The notes: a model not told the origin generated them from the sequence alone. Shown: positions 48,006 through 59,700, counted from the stretch's first letter. The stretch: 64,000 nucleotides of DNA from Bacteroidota bacterium (GCA_025963725.1 JAOQAE010000002.1:1356411-1420410), one strand, 5' to 3'. Numbers and translations are program-made.

Positions 48006-50624
48006 ATGAGCATAGGAAAAGTACATAGCATAAAAAAGATGATCGCGCAGCTGTTGCTGTTAGCTGCTCCTACGGCCATCCTGTTCTTTTATCTCTTATG
48101 GGATGTTAACCGCTTTTACGACATCCTCGAGAACAACTGGATCAGACAGGGAATTTATTTTACATCAGGGATCGTCGCCGCGATCATATTCTATGCGTTC
48201 CGCTTCCGATTCTTCACAACGGCTGCCATCGTTTTCCTGTTTTGCTATTCCTGCTATAAGCTATTGGGCAGCGTTTCGTTCGGGGAGTTCGATGCGTTTT
48301 ATTTTTCCATCCAGTTCCTCATTTTCACTTTCCTCTTCTCCGTAGGATGGCTTGCCGGCTTCGGCTTCAGCAGGTCGCGGTACTTTACGGTTGCATGGAG
48401 CGTGCTGCTGCTGGTGGCGCAGATCGTGGTGGTGAGCAAAACAACCGACATCAAGGTGAATGTGCTCATCAATGCTTTTGTGCCCATTCTTGCTTACGCT
48501 TTTTACATCATCTATACAGCAGAGCTGATCCGTAACATGAACGATGATGAGCCGAAATTCAGCTGGTTCATCCTGAAGCGCCTTTCCGGATTTGCCGTGG
48601 TGGCAATGCTGCTCTTTCTCCTCGTCTTCACTTTCTTTAAGAACGATTTCATGGCTGTAGAGCGTGAATGGGGCGGTTCCCAGCCGCAATCTGAGAAAGG
48701 AAAGGACAAGAGCGAGAACATGAATAAGAAGGACGGCAAAGGCAATGTGAGCAACAAGGACCAGACAAAGCTTACCGGCTCCTTGAGCAAGGACAAGCAG
48801 CTCGTGTTTGTTGCCAAGCTCGATAACTATTTCGATGATAACATAACGCCAAATCCTCTTTACTTCACCGCTTTCTATTACGGAAAGTTTGATACGCTTA
48901 CGCAGACCTTTGAACAGGATAGCCTCATGCCTTACAACGACCTGTTCAGTCCGGACCCATCGAAGATCCCTCTGTATTTTTCGAAATCCGACTCTTCCGT
49001 CCTTAAGAACAGCTTCGCTACAAAGAACCGTAAAGTGGTGACTGCCGACATTTACAAAGTGGTGCTTTCGCCGGACGTGTACCTTGCGCCTTCAACGGCT
49101 TTCTTCTGCCAGCCGATGTCGGTGCCGAAAGAATTCAAGGACCAGTACAAAAGCTCCTACCGCGCCAAAATGTGGGTAAGCGACCTGAACAGCGCCTACT
49201 TCATCTACAACCCGGCTGGTAACAAACAGCTCGCCGCTTTCCAGGAGCTCCGCTTCAACAAATTAAGAGAGATCAAAAAGGTAACTGGCCCCGATAAAAA
49301 ATTCATGGATTATTACACCTTCATGCCGAAGGATGAAGAATACAAAAAGATCGGCGAGCTGGCAAAAGAGGTTACAGCGAATGCTTCAACGCAGATCGAC
49401 AAGATGATCGCGATCCGCGATTATTTTTTAAGCAAAGATGAATTCGGCCAGCCGCTTTTCAAATACTCCGATAATCCCGGCATCCCCGGGCTGCCAAGCG
49501 CCAACAAGCTTACGTATTTCCTTCTGGAGAACAGGAAAGGCTACTGCGCGTATTTCGCGGGGGCAACATTATTCATGCTGCGTTCGCTCGGCATTCCTTC
49601 ACGCGTTGCGGCAGGTTATCTCACAGTCGACCGCAGCAGCAAAAACCCCGGCTGGTACTGGTACTATGCCGACCAGGCACATGCATGGGTGCAGGTGTAT
49701 TTCCCTGAATACGGCTGGATCGATTTTGATACTACAGTGCCTGATGTAAATACACAGCAATCGCCGCAGCCGGATGGCACGCCCCCGATGAACATCCCGC
49801 AGACGTACATGGTCGCTGATGGGGAGATAAAATCGGTGGATGTAAAAGCAAAGAAGATCAGCATGACGATCACCAAGCTGCTCTACCATGATAAGGATTA
49901 TGAAACAAAGATCGCCAAAGAGCTGAGCATCGATGTATCGATCGCAACCATATCGGCTGATACAGGCGCCGTGCAGCTTTCTGCGCTCACACCGGGATTG
50001 CACATTACAGCCGTTTCCTATTCCGAAGCACTGAAAAATATTCTTGCTGAACAAGATGACAGCCTGGCTTCCATCCTGGAAAAACTCCCGGTACCAACTC
50101 CGGTGGACGAAGTGAAGCTGCTTTTAAAAGATGAACTGAAGGAGCAGCAAAAGAAAAAAGAGGACCAGGCAAAAGCGCCTGTCGACTGGGCAAAAACAAT
50201 CCTCTATTTGCTAACCGCCCTCGCCGGCCTGCTTGTATTGTTGTTCCTGAGCCCGTGGTTCATCTGGATCTTCCTCAATGCAAAAGCGAAAGGCAAAGGC
50301 AATTCCAAAGCCTACAACAGCTACAGGGCATCGCTTTATTACCTGAACCAGCTTGGCTTTGAGCGGCAGAACATGGGCCCGCAGGAATATGCATACAGCA
50401 TCGACAACCGTTTCGGAAGCTCATTCAATACGTTCAACACTGCGTACCAGAAAGCGAAATACAGCTCTGTGCCGCTTACTGCGGCGGAAAAAGAAGTGCT
50501 GAACAATTCCTACAACAGCTTCATTAAAAAAGTAAGATCGCAGGTGCCGCTGAAAACACGCATCAGCAGGTTCCTTAATATTTACAACACAATTCATTTT
50601 TTCACGCAACCTAAAATAAAGTAA
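48006..50624 (+). CDS. Transglutaminase-like domain membrane protein
   Basis: Multiple N-terminal TM helices. TGase core Cys-His-Asp: GYCAYFAGATLFMLRSLGIPSRVAAGY ... HAWVQVYFPEYGWIDFDTT. One further TM helix after the core. Confidence 0.75.
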   Translation: MSIGKVHSIKKMIAQLLLLAAPTAILFFYLLWDVNRFYDILENNWIRQGIYFTSGIVAAIIFYAFRFRFFTTAAIVFLFCYSCYKLLGSVSFGEFDAFYFSIQFLIFTFLFSVGWLAGFGFSRSRYFTVAWSVLLLVAQIVVVSKTTDIKVNVLINAFVPILAYAFYIIYTAELIRNMNDDEPKFSWFILKRLSGFAVVAMLLFLLVFTFFKNDFMAVEREWGGSQPQSEKGKDKSENMNKKDGKGNVSNKDQTKLTGSLSKDKQLVFVAKLDNYFDDNITPNPLYFTAFYYGKFDTLTQTFEQDSLMPYNDLFSPDPSKIPLYFSKSDSSVLKNSFATKNRKVVTADIYKVVLSPDVYLAPSTAFFCQPMSVPKEFKDQYKSSYRAKMWVSDLNSAYFIYNPAGNKQLAAFQELRFNKLREIKKVTGPDKKFMDYYTFMPKDEEYKKIGELAKEVTANASTQIDKMIAIRDYFLSKDEFGQPLFKYSDNPGIPGLPSANKLTYFLLENRKGYCAYFAGATLFMLRSLGIPSRVAAGYLTVDRSSKNPGWYWYYADQAHAWVQVYFPEYGWIDFDTTVPDVNTQQSPQPDGTPPMNIPQTYMVADGEIKSVDVKAKKISMTITKLLYHDKDYETKIAKELSIDVSIATISADTGAVQLSALTPGLHITAVSYSEALKNILAEQDDSLASILEKLPVPTPVDEVKLLLKDELKEQQKKKEDQAKAPVDWAKTILYLLTALAGLLVLLFLSPWFIWIFLNAKAKGKGNSKAYNSYRASLYYLNQLGFERQNMGPQEYAYSIDNRFGSSFNTFNTAYQKAKYSSVPLTAAEKEVLNNSYNSFIKKVRSQVPLKTRISRFLNIYNTIHFFTQPKIK

Positions 50625-50625
50625 A

Positions 50626-51645
50626 ATGGAAGAGAACATTCAAATAGAGCAAGCCCTCGCCAATATCGGGAAGCTGGTTGACAACATCGAAACGGTGATC
50701 CGCGGCAAGCGCCAGCAGATTCAGTTCGTGCTCACCGCCCTTCTTGCAAAAGGGCATATCCTCATGGAAGATAATCCCGGCACAGGAAAAACGGTGATGG
50801 CAAAAACGCTGGCGAAAAGCATCTCGGGTGCGGAAGGCTCTTCGGGCGCCAATTTCAAGCGCATCCAGTTCACTCCCGACCTTCTCCCGATGGACCTGAT
50901 CGGCTCGCACATTTTCGACGATGTGAAAAAAGAGTTCGTGTTCAAGAAAGGGCCGTTATTCTGCAATGTGCTGCTGGCGGATGAGATCAACCGCGCCTCG
51001 CCGAAAGTGCAGTCGGCGCTGCTCGAGTGCATGGCAGAGCACCAGATCACCATGGGTGAAACCACCTACCCGCTCGAAAAATTATTCTTCACCATCGCCA
51101 CGCAAAACCCCGTGGAGATGGAAGGAACTTACCCGCTGCCGGCAGCGCAGCTCGACCGATTCTTCATCAAGATCTACTTCGGCTATGTTGACGAAGCCAC
51201 AGAGCTCAATATCTACAAGGATTACCTCGGCATCCAGAACAACCAGGACAACCTTCAGCAGGTGCTGAGTATGAAGGAGATCTTATTCCTGCAGGAAGAA
51301 ACTGAAAAGGTATTTATCCACGAAGAGCTGATCAACGCCGTGAAAAATATTGTGCGTGATACAAGAAGCCACCCCGATATTGTACTCGGCGCTTCCATCC
51401 GCAGCGGGATCACCTTTTTAAAATGCCTCAAAGCATTTGCTCTGGTGAACGGAAGAACCTTTGTAACAGAGGACGACATCCGCGGGATCACCTTTGCCGT
51501 GCTGGATCACAGGCTGATCTACCGCAACAGGGACGCCCGCCAGAAAGCGCTGCCGCTGATCATCGGCAGGGAGCTCGACCGTTTAAGCAAGTTGAACATC
51601 ACCACTAACAGAACAGCCTTTGCAGCCCCTGTACAAAATATCTAA
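50626..51645 (+). CDS. MoxR family AAA+ ATPase
   Basis: GHILMEDNPGTGKT (Walker A), LLADEINRASPKVQSALLE (Walker B / sensor) and the typical 320-340 aa length. Confidence 0.9.
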   Translation: MEENIQIEQALANIGKLVDNIETVIRGKRQQIQFVLTALLAKGHILMEDNPGTGKTVMAKTLAKSISGAEGSSGANFKRIQFTPDLLPMDLIGSHIFDDVKKEFVFKKGPLFCNVLLADEINRASPKVQSALLECMAEHQITMGETTYPLEKLFFTIATQNPVEMEGTYPLPAAQLDRFFIKIYFGYVDEATELNIYKDYLGIQNNQDNLQQVLSMKEILFLQEETEKVFIHEELINAVKNIVRDTRSHPDIVLGASIRSGITFLKCLKAFALVNGRTFVTEDDIRGITFAVLDHRLIYRNRDARQKALPLIIGRELDRLSKLNITTNRTAFAAPVQNI

Positions 51646-53677
51646 AACCCGGTTTCTCTTGCCCGCGCTGCTGTGCATGAGCCTGTTCCTCCACAAAAGT
51701 GCGGGAGCGCAGGGCAATGCATCGGCGCGCTATGAGATCGATGCAAAGCGCATCGGCGTATCTCCTACCGATAAGGACGCGCTGCCGCGGAGCCGCGAGT
51801 TCCTCCGCCTCGACAGCACCTATTATGTTGGCTGGATGTACGAAGGGCTTTATAAATTTGAACGCAGCGCCGATTATTTAGGATATAAGTATGCAGCAGT
51901 GCCTTTGCAGAAAGCATTCGACCTGCTCGACAAAGATTACGGCAACCGGCTGAGGAATATCTACTCCTCCTTCATGTATTACGAGCAGAACAGGAACCGC
52001 ATGAGCGACCTGTTCGAGATCGCCTATGCGCTGCAGAACTGCTACAACAGCATCGAGATGCCTGATTCCACGATGGCGCTCCTCGACAGGATAGAAAGCT
52101 ACCGTTTTCAAAAAGACTATTTCGGCGTTTACAACGAGCGCGCATGGATCTACCACCGTAACCGCTTTTTCACTTCCGAAAAATTCAGCTTCCTGAAAAA
52201 TTCCGTGGAAGAGAATGAAGACATGGCCTTCCGCTGCTGCTACCACCAGCTCGACCTGATCCAGCAGAACAGGAGCATCAACGATTACTGGTACGGGCCG
52301 CAGCAAAGCGAAGATGATATTTTAAGCGTGGAGCATAACCTCGCGCTGCTGCATTGCTACAATAAAAATTACGACAGCGCCGAATATCATTACCAGCACC
52401 TCATCGCCGGCAACCGCGTGGTATGGGGAAATTATGCGAACATGCAGCATGAGATGGGGAACATCGACAGCGCGATCACCTACTACTCCATGCCGCAAGG
52501 TGTAAGAGAACACGCGCTGAGCGAGCCCGATTATTATCTGCCGGAGATCTTTGTGTACGGCGGGCGCACAAAAGAGGCGATCACGATGGTGCGTGAAAAG
52601 ATCGAATCGAGCGGCTCCACTCCCGGTTTCGGATGGTACAACATTGCGCTGGCACGCAGCTACCTGTACGACGGACAGCTCGACAGCGCGGGCTTCTTCC
52701 TCGATAAAGCGCAAAACTTCAAAGAGCTTCACCTGCATACTACGCTAACACAATCACAGTATGAATTCACCATCAACCTGCTGAGGGTGCAGCTGCTCGA
52801 TAAAAAAATGGATGAAGTGAAGTTCCTCAACAAAGGATGGTGGTATTCGCCGGGCAGCCTGTACGACCTGCTTTCGCTGAAGGTTCAGAAGATGATGATG
52901 GAGTATGTAGTTGTGAACGAGCTTGCCGCGAATCCCGAGCGGCAGCGGATCATCTACGACCTGTTCTGCGGCGAATCAACCGTAAGCTACGATGAGATCA
53001 TGTACCTGCTGAAGGACTTTAATTCCCCCTACTTCCGCAAGCGCTGCGATTACAGCAAGGGCAACGACAAGCGGATGCGGATCCGGAAATACTTCAAGCT
53101 GTTCTCCGCAAAATTAAAGCTGGAAGACGGTGATGACGAAGATGCAAACATGGAAGCGGATTCACTGCTACAGGAAGTATACGCACAGGAAGGCATCCAG
53201 CTCGATACGGCCAATGAAAAGCTTTTCCTCGCAAGGGCCTATGAAATCCTCTCCAATACAAGCGATGATGAGGACAAGCAGGCGGAGCACGACCGTTACC
53301 AGAACAGCTTCCTTGAAGAATACCCACAGCTGGTTCCCTTTTCGAACCTGCGGATGAAAATGAAATTAACAGTCGCAGGAAATGATGATGCCATCACCGC
53401 ACAGGTAATAGAAGATCTTAAAGACTGCAACATTGAATGGCTGGAAGAAGGCGACAACGTTGCAGAAGCCAGCATCAGCTTTGTAAAGAAAGGAAAGAAC
53501 TACCAGGTGCTTTTCAACGTGGTGAGCGCCAGCGGAAAAGCGATCGTTTCCGGCGGCGAGATGATCTTTAAGGATGCGGAGAAAACCGGGAAGGAGCTGG
53601 CATTGCGGCTGTTTGCAAAGGGCGGAGGATTGGAATTTGAAGCGGTGAAGGAAGAAGCGGCGGAGCAGTTACCATAA
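51620..53677 (+). CDS. Secreted hypothetical protein (operon partner of MoxR/DUF58/TGase)
   Basis: Likely TTG start overlapping the MoxR 3' end. Hydrophobic signal-like N-terminus LLPALLCMSLFLHKSAGAQ. TPR-like helical content. No assigned family. Confidence 0.5.
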   Translation: MQPLYKISKTRFLLPALLCMSLFLHKSAGAQGNASARYEIDAKRIGVSPTDKDALPRSREFLRLDSTYYVGWMYEGLYKFERSADYLGYKYAAVPLQKAFDLLDKDYGNRLRNIYSSFMYYEQNRNRMSDLFEIAYALQNCYNSIEMPDSTMALLDRIESYRFQKDYFGVYNERAWIYHRNRFFTSEKFSFLKNSVEENEDMAFRCCYHQLDLIQQNRSINDYWYGPQQSEDDILSVEHNLALLHCYNKNYDSAEYHYQHLIAGNRVVWGNYANMQHEMGNIDSAITYYSMPQGVREHALSEPDYYLPEIFVYGGRTKEAITMVREKIESSGSTPGFGWYNIALARSYLYDGQLDSAGFFLDKAQNFKELHLHTTLTQSQYEFTINLLRVQLLDKKMDEVKFLNKGWWYSPGSLYDLLSLKVQKMMMEYVVVNELAANPERQRIIYDLFCGESTVSYDEIMYLLKDFNSPYFRKRCDYSKGNDKRMRIRKYFKLFSAKLKLEDGDDEDANMEADSLLQEVYAQEGIQLDTANEKLFLARAYEILSNTSDDEDKQAEHDRYQNSFLEEYPQLVPFSNLRMKMKLTVAGNDDAITAQVIEDLKDCNIEWLEEGDNVAEASISFVKKGKNYQVLFNVVSASGKAIVSGGEMIFKDAEKTGKELALRLFAKGGGLEFEAVKEEAAEQLP

Positions 53678-53843
53678 TACAGATAATAGATATTTACGAA
53701 TAATCTGTGTGAATAGCCAGCTTAGGATAAGCTATTGACTATTTATTAAATAATTAATAGATTTGTTAACTACCATACAACAGGCTCATTGTTAATATAG
53801 TGAATTAGAAACCACTAGAGAAATTAATTACAAACAACGAAAT

Positions 53844-55301
53844 ATGACTATAAAAAATCTTGAAGATGTATTTGTTACGGAAGGTGTTCCCCTTTATACC
53901 TTCGTAAAACCACCAAACTATAATGATATACTTTTAGACATTCGTAAAATTGGTAAGCCGGTTATTATTGAAGGGCAATCTGGGACTGGAAAAACAACCA
54001 CAGTGAAAAAAGTTCTTGAACAACTTGCTGAGAGGATTCAAATCAACTATTTGTCAGCAAGAAAAGCGATTGACGTAGAACAAATAGTGAAAATTGCTTC
54101 CACATCAATGTCCGGTTTTTTTGTCATCGACGATTTTCATAGGTTATCAAGCGAATTGCAGGAAAACCTCGCCAACATTGCTAAAGTTGCCGCGGAAGAA
54201 GGAAATGAAACACAACTTCCTAAGCTTATTTTTATTGGAATTAATCAAATTGGGTCGGAACTGATTCAATTAGTTCCTGACATTGCTAAACGATTTGGTA
54301 TACATAGAATTGATGCTGGAAGAAGCGATGATATTAAAAAGCTTATTGACAGCGGCTGCGCCGAATTAAATATTTCAATTACCAATCTAGAAGAAATTTA
54401 TTCTGAGTCCAAAGGTGATTATTGGCTAACTCAAATACTATGTCAGTCAATTTGTGGTTTGAATGACGTCACTGAAACCCAACAAAAAAAACGGCAAATA
54501 CATTATGATATTGACAAAACGCGCGCAAAAGTTGTTGGTAAGCTAGAAGCTTCTTATCACATTCCAGTGAAGGACTTTTGCCGGGGAAAGCGATTTCGAA
54601 AATCAAATGATCCGTATTTTAAGCTTCTTCGAGTTATCGGACAACAAGATTCGTCCATAGTTGACCTCAACAAACTTGCCAATCAGCATGAGGATGTCAA
54701 AGGTTCGATTAATAACATTAAGGAGCGACGTCTTGACATTTTGTTGGAGACTAAAGAATCATTAGTTAGATACTTTTATTATAACAGTGATACAAAAAAT
54801 TTCGCCATCGAAGATCCCGCACTATTTTATTACATAAAGCACTTAAATTGGGAGAAATTAAGAGATGATTGTGGCTTCAATGATGGAGAACGAAATTACG
54901 AATTTGAGATTGCTATCTCCTTCGCTGGGGAAAACCGTGAACTTGCAAGAAAATTCACTGAAAAACTAGAGATTTTTGATGTAAGCGTGTTTTTTGATGA
55001 ATTATACGAATCTAATCTATTAGGAAAGGCTTTAACGAAGCAATTTACTAGAATATTTAATGAAGGAAGCAAGTTTGTATTATGCCTGTTAGACCATCAT
55101 CATCATGAAAAAATATGGCCAACATTCGAGAGAGAAACTTTCCGCGTACGCGTTCAAGAAGAAGCTATCATACCTACTTATCTTGACAATACTAAGTTTC
55201 TTGGAATTCCAGAAGATTTGTATGGTTTTGATATGAAAAATGGATATTCTGAAGATGATATAGATAACGCGGTTATTAAATTGGTAGAAAGAATTAGTTG
55301 A
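53844..55301 (+). CDS. P-loop NTPase with C-terminal TIR domain (defense-like); AT-rich
   Basis: Walker A PVIIEGQSGTGKTTTV and Walker B FFVIDDFH in the first 110 aa or so. C-terminal EFEIAISFAGENRELARKFTEKLEIFDVSVFFDE...SKFVLCLLDHHHHEKIWPTFE matches TIR secondary-structure motifs (FISY/FAGED..., αC SxWCxxEL-like). GC is about 36%, against about 50% in neighbours. Confidence 0.65.
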   Translation: MTIKNLEDVFVTEGVPLYTFVKPPNYNDILLDIRKIGKPVIIEGQSGTGKTTTVKKVLEQLAERIQINYLSARKAIDVEQIVKIASTSMSGFFVIDDFHRLSSELQENLANIAKVAAEEGNETQLPKLIFIGINQIGSELIQLVPDIAKRFGIHRIDAGRSDDIKKLIDSGCAELNISITNLEEIYSESKGDYWLTQILCQSICGLNDVTETQQKKRQIHYDIDKTRAKVVGKLEASYHIPVKDFCRGKRFRKSNDPYFKLLRVIGQQDSSIVDLNKLANQHEDVKGSINNIKERRLDILLETKESLVRYFYYNSDTKNFAIEDPALFYYIKHLNWEKLRDDCGFNDGERNYEFEIAISFAGENRELARKFTEKLEIFDVSVFFDELYESNLLGKALTKQFTRIFNEGSKFVLCLLDHHHHEKIWPTFERETFRVRVQEEAIIPTYLDNTKFLGIPEDLYGFDMKNGYSEDDIDNAVIKLVERIS

Positions 55302-55503
55302 AAGTTTTCAGCGGTGTGACACCAGCTAGTCCTTTTTCAATCATTTATTTCTTCCACTTCCCCAGAGATGTGATTGATGTGCAGAACACCAAGCAAGGAA
55401 CTATTATTCGGTTCCAAAACCTCTCCAATCGTAGCTGTATTTCTCTCTTTTCCCCCACCGGATAAATTCCGTATTTTTAGATACTCATTCCAACACCGCG
55501 TTT

Positions 55504-56706
55504 ATGCTCAAACCATTCGAATTTCAGTTCCGGTTAAGGGATCATTTCAAAAAGCAGGAAAAAACCTGGAAATGGTTCTCGGAAGTAAAAGTTAAGAACG
55601 AACAAAGCGAGGAGTTCAAAGCCGAGCTTTTACAAAACACCTATCGCCTCGACCCTATCTCCGAAGCCGGCATTTATACATTGCTGGAGGAAGCCAAAAC
55701 AAAGCTGGGCATCATCATCCCGGTCACCATCTATCAGTCGCAATCTTCACAGGCAAGCAACGCGGGGATCATCTTCATCGGGAACGAAGCGCACCTTGTG
55801 CTTTCAGGCCCTGTCATAAAATTACTCGAAGAAAAGGAATTGCTGGCGCTGATCGCGCACGAGCTCTCGCATGTGCTGCTGTATACAATTGATAATGGCG
55901 ATTTTGAGGTGACCAGCAGGATCATCACAGCGATCGGCAACGATCACCGCAGCGAAGAAGCATTCATGGAAACGTCAAGGCTGTTCAGTCTTTTCACTGA
56001 ATTATACTGCGACATCGGGGCTTACCAGGTTTGCGGAAGCATGGATACGGTGATCTCGACGCTTGTGAAAATTGAAACAGGCCTTGATAAGATCTCCGCG
56101 GAAAATTACCTGAAACAGGCGGATGAGATCCTGGAAAAAATTGAAAAAGGCTCGCTTGGCGACTCGCATCCCGAATCATTTATCCGCGCAAAATGCATTG
56201 CCCTCTACGCTGAAAAAGGCGCGGAATCAGTAAAAGAAGTAAGCGCCCTTATTCTTGGGAAACAAGGTATTTTCAGCCTGAATATTTTTTCAAGGGATGA
56301 GATCTATGAAACAACACGCGAGCTGATCCACCTTATCATGAAGCCTAAATGGATGCAGAGCGAGCACAACAAAGCGCATTACAGGCAGTATTTCAGGGAC
56401 TTCAAAACCGACAGCAATGCCATGCTCACACCTGAGCTGAAAGCCAAGCTGGTCAGCGGCAATAATTCGCTGAAAGATTATTACGCGTATGTTATGCTTG
56501 ATTTTGCGCTGAGCGATACAGAGATCAGTGAACCCGCTTCCGGCCTTGTGCTCGACCTTGCAGAGCAGATGGAGCTACAGGAGCCGCTTGCAAAGGTCTT
56601 CAAAAAGGAGCTAAACCTGAGCGATAAGAAATTCAACGAGTACTCAAGAAATGCAGCAACAGCCTTAAATAATATCCTGGAATCGGAGCAGGAAAAATCA
56701 TATTGA
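55504..56706 (+). CDS. Soluble M48-like zinc metallopeptidase (HExxH...E...HPxxxxR)
   Basis: LLALIAHELSHVLLY (HExxH), a downstream Glu in ELYCD, and LGDSHPESFIRAKC. No TM segments. Its stop (56704-56706) is 1 nt before the ATG of the giant helicase gene, so the two are translationally coupled. Confidence 0.55.
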   Translation: MLKPFEFQFRLRDHFKKQEKTWKWFSEVKVKNEQSEEFKAELLQNTYRLDPISEAGIYTLLEEAKTKLGIIIPVTIYQSQSSQASNAGIIFIGNEAHLVLSGPVIKLLEEKELLALIAHELSHVLLYTIDNGDFEVTSRIITAIGNDHRSEEAFMETSRLFSLFTELYCDIGAYQVCGSMDTVISTLVKIETGLDKISAENYLKQADEILEKIEKGSLGDSHPESFIRAKCIALYAEKGAESVKEVSALILGKQGIFSLNIFSRDEIYETTRELIHLIMKPKWMQSEHNKAHYRQYFRDFKTDSNAMLTPELKAKLVSGNNSLKDYYAYVMLDFALSDTEISEPASGLVLDLAEQMELQEPLAKVFKKELNLSDKKFNEYSRNAATALNNILESEQEKSY

Positions 56707-56707
56707 T

Positions 56708-59700
56708 ATGCTTACAATAAAAGAAACGGAATTTTACAGCTTCCTCAGCGAAGGGATCGGCAAGGGCGGGTTTACCAATGATGATGTGGTTGCTGTTATA
56801 ATGCCATTGCTGGAAGAAGTGCATTCATTTCATCTTTCGGGAAAGGTGGCCCCGCTGGATAAGCTCAGCTCGATACTTGTAACAAACGAAAAGCTCGATA
56901 TTGATGAGTCGCTTGCGGGAAGCCCCTGCAATAACGTTGACAAGGTAACAGCCATCCTGCCAAAGAAAAATGAGGTGTTCGAGATCAGCGGCCACCTGAA
57001 GCAATCGACAGAGATCGGCGAATACAATTCCACCGAAGTAAAGAACCGCGAGATACAATCTGATGCGAATGCGGACATCCTGATGCCGGTGTACCTGCCC
57101 AATTATAAATGCTACGAGGTGTCGCTCGGCCATCACGATGCTGCTACCGACATTTACATCCTGGGGATGATCCTCGCGAGCCTAGCGCTGGGGCTTGACT
57201 TCACGCAGGAAGATGACCTTGCAGGCTTCGCGGAGAACAGGGGAAGCATGATCTTCCTGAATCACAAGATCCATCCTTCGATCGCGAACATCATTTTCGG
57301 GATGACCGAGCTCGACCGCCGCAAACGCTGGAAAGACCTTGGCGAGATCATCGATAATTTAAAGAACTACCGCGATTACAACCCGGAAACCGAGCACGAC
57401 CTTGCCACTATCGCCAATGCAAAGAACAAGGACAAAAGCAACAGGCAGCACTACATCCAGGGCAAGCTGCGCAACAGGCTGTTCGACATCAGCCGCCGCA
57501 ACAGGCTCTTGTATTTCAAGCCCAATCTTAAATTTTTAAATCTTTCCGTGTCTTCCGTTCCTGCGGTCCTTAATTACAAAAACATCGATCCTGAATCGTT
57601 GTTCTTCTGGAACAGGGATGTTTCCGAAAAGGTGATAAAAGGAAAAGACATTTCCCTTTCGAAATACATCCGCTTTGAAGACAATCCTTACATCGCGCCT
57701 TCCCTCGACAAGATCAGGCTGGAAGCGAACAGGGATGTGAATGAATATGGCTTCAGCCAGCTTAAGCTTGTGATCAGCTTCCTCAACTGGTACAATACAA
57801 AGGAGCAAACAACCGAAAAGATCTGCTCACCGCTCATACTTGTACCGGTAAACCTCGTTAAGAAAAAAGGCGTGAAAGACCAGTACATCCTGGAAATTGT
57901 GGACAATGAAGCGGAAATAAACCCGGTGCTTTCATTCATGCTGAAAGACCTGTACGACATCCGCCTGCCGGAAAGCATACAGCTTTCGGAGAGCAGCCTC
58001 GATGAGCTTTTCCGGAATTTAAAGACACAGATAGAAAAGGCGCGCTCGGGGATCGTGCTCGAAATGATCAACAAACCAAAGATCAAGCTGATCCATGCGC
58101 AGGCCAGGCAAACGCTGTCGCAATACAAAAGAAGGGTGAACAGGAACAGGAAAGTACAAACCTTTCACAACCTTGATTATTCGTACAATGCAGATAATTT
58201 CCAGCCTTTAGGCCTGCAGCTTTTCCGCAATTATGTGAAGCCGGAGCATTCCTCGCTCGAGTTCCTTATCAACAGCGACATAAAAGCGAATCCCTCCTAC
58301 TTCAGCGACAGCAGCATGTCGGAAACAACCCGCGAACTGTACCAGCTCGATGGGGGAAATACAAATCCTTTCAAATGGGAGTTCGATACCTGCAACATGG
58401 TGCTGGGGAATTTCAATTATAAAAAGATGTCGCTGGTGCGCGATTACAATTCCATCATCGACGAGAACATTCAAAGCAGCGTGTTCGAATCGCTGTTCAG
58501 CAGCCTTCCGAAAAAGGCCCGGCCGGAACAGGAAACGGAAAGCAGGATCGAAGAGCAGTTCAATGTGATCCAGTCGGACCCGACACAAAACAAGTCAGTA
58601 ATATATTCCCGCAAAGGGGAAAGCTATATCATCCAGGGCCCTCCGGGCACAGGGAAATCGCAGACCATTTCCAACCTTATTGCAGATTATGTGGCAAGAG
58701 GAAAAAAAGTGCTGTTCGTTTGTGAGAAAAGGGCCGCTATCGATGTGGTGTATTACAGGCTGAAGCAGCAGCAGCTCGATCAGCTGTGCTGTCTCATACA
58801 CGATTCCCAAACCGACAAGAAAGAGTTCATCCAGAACCTGAAAGCTACCTTCGGAACATTTACAACGAAGCCGCTTTCCGCAAAGGAAGCAGAAAAGGAA
58901 CGGAACGCTATCGTTGCGCAGATCAATTCGGAGCTCAGCGTCATCAAAGAATTTCACTCCTCCATGCAGCATTACCTTGATCATGCGCAGCTGAAAATAA
59001 GGGAGCTGATGGAAGTGTTGATCCAGAGTAAGCAGCATATTCCGGAAGGCAAAGAAATACCGGGAAGCATTGGCTATAAAGACTGGCTTGCCTACGGCGG
59101 GCTGATTCAGAAGATCTCCCGGACAAGCAACGAGCTGGAGGGAAGCCCTTTTTATTCGAAACATCCATTCAGGTACTTGGGTGAAAAAGCGATCTATAAC
59201 GAGAAGCCGGGAACTGAGCTGAAGGCAGAGCTTATAAGATCGATGGAGCTGGTCGGCGAGATCGCTGAGAGGCTTGAAATGGCCGACGTTCCGGAATCAT
59301 GCATAGGCAGCATTACAGCGCTCCGGGAATTCCTGGAACAGGTGGAAATGCTTCTTCCGTTCAAAGAGCAGGACCGGGCCGGGCTGCTTACCGTCAACAG
59401 CGAACTTCATAAAAAGCTTTCCGATGCAGTGACCAACCTCGAAACGATGCATGCGAAAGTGGAAGAAGCCGCAGGAAAGAATAAGTTCTGGCTTCAGAAG
59501 TTTTCGGAGACCGATGCGGAAAATGCGCTTGAGATCGTGCAAAAACATGAAAGATCATTTTTCTCATTCTTCAATTCCAGCTTCAGGAAGATCAAAAAAG
59601 CGATCCATCAATCCTATAATTTTTCCATGCACCAGGTAAAGCCGCCGCTCACACAGGTGGTTTCCAACCTCAAGGCGGAATACGATGTGCGCAATAGCTT

